Part shown: positions 24,852 through 35,019 of the stretch, one piece after another | Position numbering within the stretch: position 1 is the first letter of the stretch | Layout of the letters: every line of letters starts with the position of its first letter | NCBI GenBank assembly: GCA_951406725.2 | Contig: OX597823.1 | Span: 52,824,001 to 52,888,000, forward strand | From: Octopus vulgaris | Taxonomy: Eukaryota | Length of the DNA stretch: 64,000 bases | Direction of reading: 5' to 3' | Translations under genes and position numbers: made by a program | Notes under the pieces: generated by a model | What the model was told of the DNA's origin: nothing | What the model saw: only the letters and a program-made list of their open reading frames with translations | Database searches by the model: none

Positions 24852-25419
24852 AAGGCACGTGGCTTAGTGGATAGGTATTCGGCTCTCGGTCGTAAGGTCG
24901 TGAGTTCCATTCCTGACAGCACACTGTGTGCTTGAGGAAGTCCCTTTATTTTTCGTTGCGCTACTCCATTCAGGTAGCAAAACTGAGTTTTACCTATGAT
25001 TCAAAGGGACATCCTTTGTCACATTCTGTGTCACGCTACATCTTCCTGGGAATTACAATTAGGGTACGTGTGTCTTATAGAAGGCGGCGAGCTGGCAGAA
25101 ACGTTAGCACGCAGGGCGAAATGCGTAGCCGTATTTCGTCTGCCGTTACATCCTGAGTTCAAATTCTGCCAAGGTCGATTTTGCCTTTCATCCTTTCGGG
25201 GTCGATAAATTAAGTACCAGTTACGCACTGGGGTTGATATAATCGACTTAATCCGCTTGTCTGTCCTTGTTTGTCCTTTCTGTGTTTAGCTCCTTGTGGG
25301 TAGTAAAGAAATAGGTACGTGTGTCTGTGGAGTACTCAGCCACTTGCACGTTAATTTCACGGGCAGGGTATTCCCTTAACTGGATCAACTGAAACCTTCG
25401 TCGTCGTAACTGAGTGCCA
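24852..25419 (+). mobile_element. tRNA/CORE SINE family C, interrupted by a family M SINE
   Basis: Head tggcttagtgg...gagttccattcc, CORE-like tgtgtgcttgaggaagtccctt, and tail cacttgcacgttaatttcacg...gtcgtcgtaac. Confidence 0.88.
25082..25313 (+). mobile_element. SINE family M nested in family C, 13-bp TSD
   Basis: TSD ggtacgtgtgtct at 25063-25075 and 25314-25326. Confidence 0.93.
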
Positions 25420-25575
25420 GGCCACAGCCACAACTAACTGATTGGAAACCACATCTCTACAAATCAAGCTATACCATCTAGGGAGTTTTTGTTTTCTAAT
25501 TGCCAGGGTCAGTTGATAGAAGTTTACAGTTCACTAAGTGATTTATGTGAGACTTTAATGTATTTACACAATTTT

Positions 25576-26394
25576 TGTTAAGTTTTCAGGGGTTTTTTTC
25601 ACATATTAATTCATAATCTTGTGATTACTAAATGAAAACCTATTTTAATTTTTTATTAAATTCATTGTATTGTGTAAAACACTATTAAATAAAAGTAGTC
25701 ACAAGAACTTAGAACTAGTTTGCTAGTGATTTAACGAAATTGAAATATAAATAAAGACACATTTTATTTAATCAAGAAATTACAAAGATCTGGTCCACGA
25801 ATGTGGGCGTGGGTTCGAATACCACTCCTGACAACCGCATTCTTAGGCGCAGGAGTGGCTGTGTGGAAAGTAGCTCGCTTACCAACCACATGGTTCCGGG
25901 TTCATTCCCACTGCGTGGCACCTTGGGGAAGTGTCTTCTACTATAGCATATATACATATATACGACGGGCTTCTTTCAGTTTCCGTCTACCAAATCCACT
26001 CACAAGGCTTTGGTCGGCCTGGGGCTATAGTAGAAGACACTTCCCCAAGGTGCCACGCAGTGGGAATGAACCCGGAACCATGTGGTTGGTAAGCGAGCTA
26101 CTTTCTACACAGCCATTCCTGCGCCTAAGAATGCGGTTGTCAGGAGTGGTATTCGAACCCACGCCCACATTCGTGGACCAGATCTTTGTAATTTCTTGAT
26201 TAAATAAAATGTGTCTTTATTTATATTTCAATTTCGTTAAATCACTAGCAAACTAGTTCTAAGTTCTTGTGACTACTTTTATTTAATAGTGTTTTACACA
26301 ATACAATGAATTTAATAAAAATTTAAAATAGGTTTTCATTTAGTAATCACAAGATTATGAATTAATATGTGAAAAAAACCCTGAAAACTTAACA
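25576..26394. repeat. Near-perfect inverted duplication, arms about 371 bp with a 76-bp spacer
   Basis: 25576-25947 is the reverse complement of 26024-26394, with about 3 substitutions and 1 indel by eye. Confidence 0.97.
25789..25833 (+). pseudogene. tRNA-Leu(CAA-type) 3'-half fragment; inverted copy at about 26138-26182
   Basis: tctggtccacgaatgtgggcgtgggttcgaataccactcctgaca gives the anticodon-stem 3' strand, long variable arm, T arm and acceptor 3' strand of animal tRNA-Leu(CAA). The 5' half is absent. Confidence 0.75.
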
Positions 26395-26632
26395 TATATA
26401 TATATATGTATGTGTATATGTTTGTGTGTGTGTTTGTCCCCCAACATCACTTGACAACCGATGCTGGTGTGTTTACGCCCCACCCCGTAACTTAGCGGTT
26501 CGGCAAAAAACACCGATAGAATAAGTACTAGGCTTCCAAAGAATAAGTCCTGGGGGCGATTTGCTCGACTAAAGACTGTGCTCCAGCATGGCCGCAGTCA
26601 AATAACTGAAACAAGTAAAAGAGTAAAAGAGT
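25845..26632 (+). mobile_element. SINE family A rearranged by the inverted duplication
   Basis: Head at 25845-25947; 3' half resumes after 26395. Confidence 0.88.
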
Positions 26633-27462
26633 AGCTGTATCGTTCAAAATAATCGAAGAAATTCCATCCTTTTTAAAATTAAATGTATCGAATAGTTTTC
26701 ACATATTTCAATATTTAGATTTCTAAGTTGATCACAAATTCTATTTAAAAATGTAACTCATTGTCTAAGAACTGCTCTGTACAATACGTTCTTCATATTT
26801 TCTCTATTAAGAAAAGTTCTTAAGTTTTCTCACAACAAAGATAAGTCCATTGTATTCCAATTTCTAATATAAATTGCTAAATCCTATCACTAAATAAAGG
26901 TAACATAGTGTCCGTATGACAAAGAGAAGTCCTTCACTATTGTTAGTCGAATAATATGGGTTCTCTCGTTGCGTTACTTTTACTAAGATTGCTTGTAGTC
27001 TCACTTTACAAGTTGAAGACGTGAATGAGCTTTGTTTTAAACTTAAATAATATCCTCTCCATCACATCACTGGCTAGTATCTTCACGTGGATCGCAACAA
27101 ATGTCATTTCATTTCCTTCATTTCTGTTTAACAAACATTTTATAAACAAAGGATAACGAAAGAATTTATTTCGGAAACTTAGAAGTGTCCATAATTCTAG
27201 ATTCATTTTCATTAAAAATAAATATAGATTTCATGTACTTTGCGAAACTCAAATATATGATGTATATGTTGAACAATTTTAAATTGTTAGCAAATAATGG
27301 TTTTCTTTTATTACAATTCCATTCACATCTACAACGCAAGATAGGAATATAAATCAATGTAAAATCTTGACCAGTGCTTTATTTCAATGACCCTAGAAAG
27401 ATAAATAGTTAAGCTGATATCAATAGGATTTGAACCCAGAACGTAAAAATCAGTTAGTAAAT

Positions 27463-28128
27463 ATTGATTTCAAATTTTGGCACAAGACCAGCAAATTCGG
27501 CGGAGAGAGCTAGTCGATTATATCAACCCCAGTACTTAGACTGGTACTTATTTTATCGATTCCGAAATGCAAAGTGGAATTTGAACTCAGAACAAGTAAA
27601 GACGGAAGAAATTCTTAGACAAGAGGCACAGAATTTGACGTCAGGAAGAATCCTCTATTCTAAATTTCCAAAAGTAATATTCCTAAACATGGTTGAGTCT
27701 AGCACTCCGGACAAAATCCTTAGCAGCGTTTCATCCATCTTTACGTTCTGGGTTCAAATGCCACCGAGGTCGAATTTACCTCTCAGCCCTTGGGAAGTCG
27801 ATGAAATAAGAAGCAGTTGAGCACTGGAGTCAATGTAACCGACTTATTTTTTTCTTCGAAACTACTGGCCTTGTGCCAAAATTTGAAACTAGTATATAGT
27901 AACTGAGAAGACGGCGAGCTGGAGGAATCGTTCGCACACCCGACAACATGCTTGGCGGCATTTCGTCCGTCTTTACCCATTCTGAGTTCAAATTCCACCG
28001 AGGTCGACTTTGCCTTTCACCCTTTCGGGGGGTTGATAAAATAAGTACAAGTTGAGCACTGGTATCAATGTAATCGACTTAACATCTCCCAGGAAACTGC
28101 TGGCCTTGTGCCAAAATTTGAAACTGAT
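27463..28128. mobile_element. Cluster of three family M SINEs: 27463-27610(-), 27700-27890(+), 27910-28128(+)
   Basis: Repeated ttctg(a/g)gttcaaat...gtcga...ggccttgtgccaaaatttgaaac. Confidence 0.85.
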
Positions 28129-28203
28129 ATAGGGTTGAGTCACCTGAGAAGAGAATTTATAGGGAAATAGTTGCGTCTACAAACCACAAAACAAACATAT
28201 ATT

Positions 28204-28604
28204 TATTTCTTTACTGCCCGAGAAACAAGGACAGACAAAGGGACTGAGTCGATAACACCAACCCCAGTGCGTAACTGGTACTTATTTAATCGACCCCGAA
28301 AGGATGAAAGGCAAAGTCGAACTCGGCAGAATTTGAACTCAGAACGTAACGGCAAACGAAATACCTATTTCTATTTCTTTACTACCCACAAGGGGCTAAA
28401 CACAGAGAGGACGAACAAGGTCAGACAAACGGATCAAGTCGATTATATCGACCCCAGTGCGTAACTGGTACTTATTTAATCGATCCCAAAAGGATGAAAG
28501 GCAAAGTCGACCTCGGCGGAATTCGAACTCAGAACGTAACGGCAGACGAAATACGGCTACGCATTTCGCCCGGCGTGCTAACGTTTCTGCCAGCTCGCCG
28601 CCCT
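28204..28604 (-). mobile_element. Family M SINE dimer with 16-bp TSD
   Basis: aaaacaaacatatatt at 28187-28202 and 28605-28620. Internal junction on the minus strand is aaagaaatagaaata|ggtatttcg. Confidence 0.9.
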
Positions 28605-29265
28605 AAAACAAACATATATTAACTCGACCGAAACCAAATGAGGGAACCTTTACGCGATCGCTGAACCTCCATATTTTCCCTCAAGTCACATCCTATATTA
28701 TATAATGTAGTCCTGAATATATAACGGCTGAAAAGAAGAAAAAAAAAAAAACAAGACGGTTAGGTTTGGAACACTTTTGTTCATATATCTGCTTGATCAG
28801 AATTGACCTGGGACTAAACAAGAATGACAACAATTAACTCCACTAAATCCAGATGAGAATATAACCCACTTTTCCTGTTAAAGGTTTATATTCATTTCCA
28901 CTATATTGTTGATTGCCTAAGCCGCCCTAACACAGATGATACAAGTAAAACATTTACACTTAGTTGGATATCAAGAAGGCTGCAATTATCTGAATGGTTC
29001 CCTCGTGAAACTAAACATACCCATATGGACCTCTATATATGGCCCAATATGAGAATTATATTTTCATTCATTTAGTATGATTCAATCAACACGCCGATGG
29101 GAATATCACATTTACAGGAAATAATAGTGTCAAACAACATATGTATTTTCTATTTCTCCGTCTACTATCGGTTTTCCATTAATGAGTGTTTTACTCTGCA
29201 GGCTTTAGAAAAAGGAGCCATACATTACCTAAATAGATATAACCTCATATATATATATATATATA

Positions 29266-29512
29266 TAGGCGTGGCTATGTGGTAAGAAGCTTCCTTCCCA
29301 ATCATATGGTTCCGGGTTCAATCTTACTTTTTGGCACCTTGATTGAGTGTCTTCCACTATAGCCTCGGACGGACCAAAGCCTTGTGAGTGGATTTGGTAG
29401 ACGGAAACTGAAAGAAGCCCATCATATATATGTATGTATATCTATGTGTGTGTGTGTTTGTTCCTCCACCACCGCTTGACAACCGGCGCTGTTGTGTTTA
29501 CGTCCTCATAGC
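29266..29512 (+). mobile_element. SINE family A, 3'-truncated
   Basis: Head, CORE-like segment and start of the 3' half, followed by (AT)n. Confidence 0.85.
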
Positions 29513-29535
29513 TTATATATATATATATATATATA

Positions 29536-29883
29536 AATTAGAGAAAAAAACACCTTTTATCAATTCAATAATGAAAAATTAAATTAAACCATTTAGAAAA
29601 ATTACATATTATAGAAACATAAAATATATGATAAAACATAATGATAAAGTAATGTGCAAAATGATAAATAAAACGTATATATTTGGTAGATATATACGTT
29701 TTAATTAATTTTAATTATATAGATATAAACCCCCAAAATACGTTTTATTTATTATTTTGCACATTACTTGATCATTGTTATATGTTTTACCTTATACTTA
29801 ATCTTTCTATAATACTTAATTTTTCTAAATGGTATTATTTAATTTTTCACTATTGAATTGATAAAAGGTGTGTTTTTTTCTAA

Positions 29884-29885
<2 letters not shown>
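29536..29885. repeat. AT-rich fold-back element of about 350 bp inside (AT)n
   Basis: aattagagaaaaaaacaccttttatcaattcaata... pairs with ...tattgaattgataaaaggtgtgtttttttctaatt over about 140 bp. Confidence 0.88.
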
Positions 29886-30376
<491 letters not shown>

Positions 30377-30471
30377 TACCAGTATCTGAAGTTTCAAACT
30401 GTTTAGTTAAAAAAAAATTTATTAAAAAGTCTGTACGCCAAATTGAATAGATCCAAAAGGTTTATATTTAC

Positions 30472-30512
30472 ACTACAGAACTCGTCCGGGAACGTTTTGA
30501 TAACATCTCGTA
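30472..30512 (-). mobile_element. Single mariner-like terminal inverted repeat
   Basis: Minus strand TA|cgagatgttatcaaaacgttcccggac resembles mariner TIR starts. No partner end seen. Confidence 0.35.
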
Positions 30513-30822
30513 CATAGAAAGATAATGAGAGAGAAAGTTGAAATATAGAAATAACCTAGTAGGAAAGAATACGTAGACAGAAAAAATATGAAGAGAAAGG
30601 AAGTAGTTCGCAAAAAACTCCTGGAATGGCCACGTAAAGATGCGCAAAAACAAACAAAACTGAGAGAATTAGTTAAGCTAAATATTCTTGAACTAGGGAC
30701 TATAAGGTGATTATTGAAGACGAACAGGAGAATGAAGAATAACAGGAATAGGCGGTGAAAAATGAATGTAAGAAAATTAAAAGGGGTGGGGAGTATAAGA
30801 AGTATGTAAACAAAGTGAACAA

Positions 30823-31415
30823 AGGCACAGGCGTGGCAGGGTCGTAAGAAGCTTGCTCCCCAACCACTTGGATCTGGGTTCAAACCTACTGCATGTTAAT
30901 TTGGGCAAGTGTCTTCTACTGTAGTATCGGACAGACCAATGTTTTGTGAATAGATTTGATAGAGAACCTGAATCTAGCTTATTGTATATATATAGTTAAT
31001 CAAAACATGAAAACACAAAGAGAAAACACAACGCGAGGACGTGGAACAAATATAGTATTATTGTACGCTCAGGAAAGAAGGAGGGTCTTACGTTTCGAGC
31101 GGAGCTCTTCGTCAGAAACATAGGAAAAGGAAAGATCCAGAGAAGGGAAGACGGAGGAAAAAAAAATCGCCAACGGTACACACGCGGTCACAGTGTGTGT
31201 GTGTGTTTGTCCCTCACCACCGCTTGATAACAGGTTTTGGTGTGTTTATGTACCCGTAACTTAGTGGTTTGGTACAAGTGGTCAATAGAATAAGTAGGAA
31301 ACTTTACAAATCAGTTCTGAAACCGATTCGTTTGGCTAAAAATTATTTAAGGCGGTGCCCCAACATGGCCGCAGTCTGATGACTGAAACAAGTAAAAGGT
31401 AAGAAAAGTAAAGAA
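30823..31415 (+). mobile_element. SINE family A with a ~200-bp insert in its internal microsatellite
   Basis: 5' half at 30823-30994, insert at 30995-31192, 3' half at 31193-31415. Confidence 0.85.
31085..31119 (-). ncRNA. Minimal type I hammerhead ribozyme motif
   Basis: Minus strand GUUU-CUGACGA-A-GAGC ucc GCUC-GAAAC-GU-A-AGAC: intact core, 4-bp stems I and II, palindromic ACGU stem III, GUA triplet. Confidence 0.75.
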
Positions 31416-31419
31416 TATA

Positions 31420-31842
31420 TTGTTTTCAAATTCTGGCACTGCAATTTTCGGGGTGGTTGGTAAGTCGATTTATTCAACCCCAATGCTCAACTGGTATTAT
31501 TGTATCGATCCCGAAAGGATGACATGCAAATTCGACCTCAGCGGAATTTGAACTCAGAACTTAAAGATGGATGTAATGACACGACACATTTTGCTCTGAC
31601 GTGGTAACGTGTCTACCTGCTCACCGCCCTAAATAGCACAAATAACAGCTTCAAATGTTGGCACAAAGTCGGAAATTTGGGGTAAGGGAGTAAGTCGATT
31701 ACATTAACCCCCAGTGTTCAACTGGTACTTATTTTACCGACCCCTAAATGATGAAAGGCAATGTCAACCTCGGTGGAATTAGAACTCAGAAAGCTAAGCA
31801 TTTTACCCGGCGTGCTAATGATTCTGCCATCTGACTACCTTA
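31420..31842 (-). mobile_element. Two adjacent family M SINEs
   Basis: tcaactggta...gatga...gaatt(t/a)gaactcagaa occurs twice. Confidence 0.82.
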
Positions 31843-32921
31843 AATAGTTCAAATAATAGGAATACTTCGTATGATGAACTACAAGAATATCTTTTAGAAT
31901 TACCAAATTTACTTTTATACCAACATAAGGGCCGATATAAAATAAATTTAGGAATGAGTATTATAAATAGGTGCAGACTGGAAAAAGATAAATCTTAAGG
32001 AACGTAAAGACATCGATGTCGTCCAACGAAGTCCAGCACTTCAATTGATTACGTTAGCACGAAGAATGTGGTAATGTTTGAGTGGAATTAATTACTTTTT
32101 CTTTTAAAGATTCCAGGTTTATGATGAAGGTCAGTTCTCATCCATTCGTTGTGTTAATTTCGGTTAGTGTTATTCGCAACGTAAACAGCGAAACTTGTCT
32201 TAGTGTTTAAATCACAAGGTTTTCTTTTTTACTATAGTATAAGGCATAACGCTTGATACGATACGTTCGAGCGTGTAGAGGAGCCAATTAAGTGTGTAGA
32301 TAATATTTCTACTTTTTTAAATCCCGATAGATTTAGAAGATCAAATATATTTTTTCTTTCAAGGGATAAATTTTTCCATAGGTAATTACTATATATTCTA
32401 CAGTAAATTTTCGTTTAGCAAGATTGTAAATATTGCAGCCAGTAACCGCCATATTTCAATACCTAACTGCCATCGCTGAAGAGCGCAGGGTTACATAATC
32501 GGACTATTACCTAACACTCATTTGAATCCCTAGTGCGAAAACGATCGGTAAGATCGGCTGTAATGGATACATAATACTGTACACTTCGATTAATATATAT
32601 ATAATGAAAGTTAGAGAATTATTTTAGGATAATCGGGTAGCATATTTGCCTGGGTTACAAAAAATGCGGTGCTCAAGTCATGCAGACAGGAAACTTTGTA
32701 TCGCTTTTTCATCCAAGGAGTTTTTAACCCAATTTAGTATAAGATGTAGCATATATATATAATGTTGGGGTCCGTGCGTTCCGTTACTTAATAAATGAAA
32801 AAATGCATTGTAAATAAACAATGTCAGGTAAAAAGCGCATACGTATACTCAGTGTACAAGAAGAGACCTTCTGTGTCTGTCTCACGATATCGTTGTTTAT
32901 TTACGATGCATATTTTCATTT

Positions 32922-32967
<46 letters not shown>

Positions 32968-33035
32968 GCAAGATTTTTGTACAAAATGGCTGACGGTTAG
33001 TAGGGAGAGACACAAATAAGTAAGAAGAAAACAAA

Positions 33036-33080
33036 GGACCACTGATGCGGTCACAGGAGTGTGACGAAAGAACTCTGGCC
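33036..33080 (+). ncRNA. Degenerate minimal hammerhead motif
   Basis: GGACCA-CUGAUGc-G-GUCAC aggagu GUGAC-GAAA-GaaC-UC-UGGCC. A9 is replaced by C, and stem III AGAACU is one change from the palindrome AGUACU. Confidence 0.6.
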
Positions 33081-33188
33081 GAAATAAGATTAAGATTAAT
33101 GTAAAAAATAAATAACACTGAAGCAAAATAACACCAAATATATAACGCGTGTGTTTTTATTGGCTAAACTGGCAATATGACCATTCCG

Positions 33189-33230
<42 letters not shown>

Positions 33231-34814
33231 TGTATGTATGTATGTATGTATGTATGGATGTATGGATGGATGGACGGACGGACGGACGGACGGACGGATA
33301 TACATATAAATGAGAGAGAGAGAGAGAGAGAATCTCATTCTCAAATATTAGGGAAACGATTCATCGGTCGATGCTTCCAAGATACATTACATTTAAAATC
33401 TTAACCACTAATTTACATATTTATATGTCTGTCTGCGTGTGTACATGCATGTGCAACTAAGCGTGTTTGTGCCTGCAGTGGATGGCAGAATTTTATTTCT
33501 ATACTGACCATTTCAAGTTGAAGTTTTTCAAAGGATGGTTTTACCTTTCAGCCTTTCGGAATCAATAAAATAAGTACCAGACGTGCAACAGACTCGACCA
33601 TACACGTCTACCTTATTCTCACTCAAGTTATTCTTACACACATCCCACATATGTTTGTATATATATTATATGTGGACACATAAATACGTACACGCACATA
33701 CAGACACTCACGTATATAATCTCAAGCAAGATAGAAGTAATTTTTGTTGTCTTTGCAGCTCAGTTTCATATTTCATACGAATGATATGCTTGAATAATTA
33801 AAACTGTATTCATCAAATTCTGTGGATACATTTTGAAGAAGAGAAGAAAAAAATGTGAATGTCGCTTCATAAATTTCTGCAAATCAAATGTCAGATCAAA
33901 TCTGAAGAATTCAAATTGCTCTGTCACTTTTCGTTTCTTCCCCGTTGCTTATTCTTCTGTTCCATATTACTCATATTGTACAAAGGATTTTTCATTAACT
34001 CCAGCAATTCAAAAATACATCGTTAATGACCGGAATATGCTGAAGAATTACAAAGATGTGAATTCTCGTTAATTTTATGTTTCTTTCTATGCTCCAGCAT
34101 ATAATCACGGAGAATTATTTTGAATGAAGGAACTGTAGACTTTGTTGTATTTAATATTAGAAACCCAGAAGGCAGAGGATTGGCAGGATCGGTACAATGC
34201 CCGACGAAATGGTCTGCCGTATTTAGTTATAAATGTTTACGTTCTGACTATTTTTGAGAGTATATTTTATCTGTTGTATAGCTTATCATCTGGTTCTTGC
34301 GTGTGTTAAGTTGGATTTACGATGTATGTTCCAGCATACAAGTCGAATTTTTCACATCAAACGTTTTACAACCAAAAAAAGGTAGGTAAACTTATACACT
34401 AAGTCGACTTTGGAAGACTAAAAATTCCATGTAAAATGCTGAAAGATTTGGAAAGATAACGACAAGGTTTAAATGTTTACAGTATATATTTATTATGTGG
34501 ACCTGTGTGCCGGAAAATATGTTACGTATCAGGTTTAAGGATAATATCCGCCTTTCCAACAGGCCATTGGTTCTGCCTTGTTTTTTTGGATATTTTACTA
34601 GTTTCAATCACGTCGGAATTGGTACATGTGTTTCTAAATATCTGGCGCTTATTTTATCGATCGCTGTCTGGAACCACTATATTGCAGATCAAAAGCACAC
34701 GGCATCGTTTTTCAAGCGGCGTTGATTTTAAGACGAGCATCAAGGTAAAGACTTAAACCTGCACATACACACACAAACTGGGATGTATATATATATATAT
34801 ATATATAGGAAAAG

Positions 34815-35010
34815 GCAAGACTATGGAATGCTAAAGGGTAATGTAAAAGCATTGAGCTCAATCCCATTGAAACATCAAAATTTCTTAAGGCAACTGGAAA
34901 TCCCATGCAAAATTGATGTCTTGCAAAAACCAGCCTTATTGGGCACAGCGCACATCTTAAGGAAAGTATTATTTGTCTGGGGTCCTTGTTGTGACTTGAC
35001 AGATGACTAA
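34815..35010 (+). mobile_element. 3' end of an R4/Dong-type element (different subfamily)
   Basis: ORF track 34783-35010 contains ALSSIP...LRQLEIPCKIDVLQKPALLGTAHILRKVL, the conserved RLE-LINE C-terminus. Confidence 0.82.
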
Positions 35011-35019
35011 TTGCAGTCA

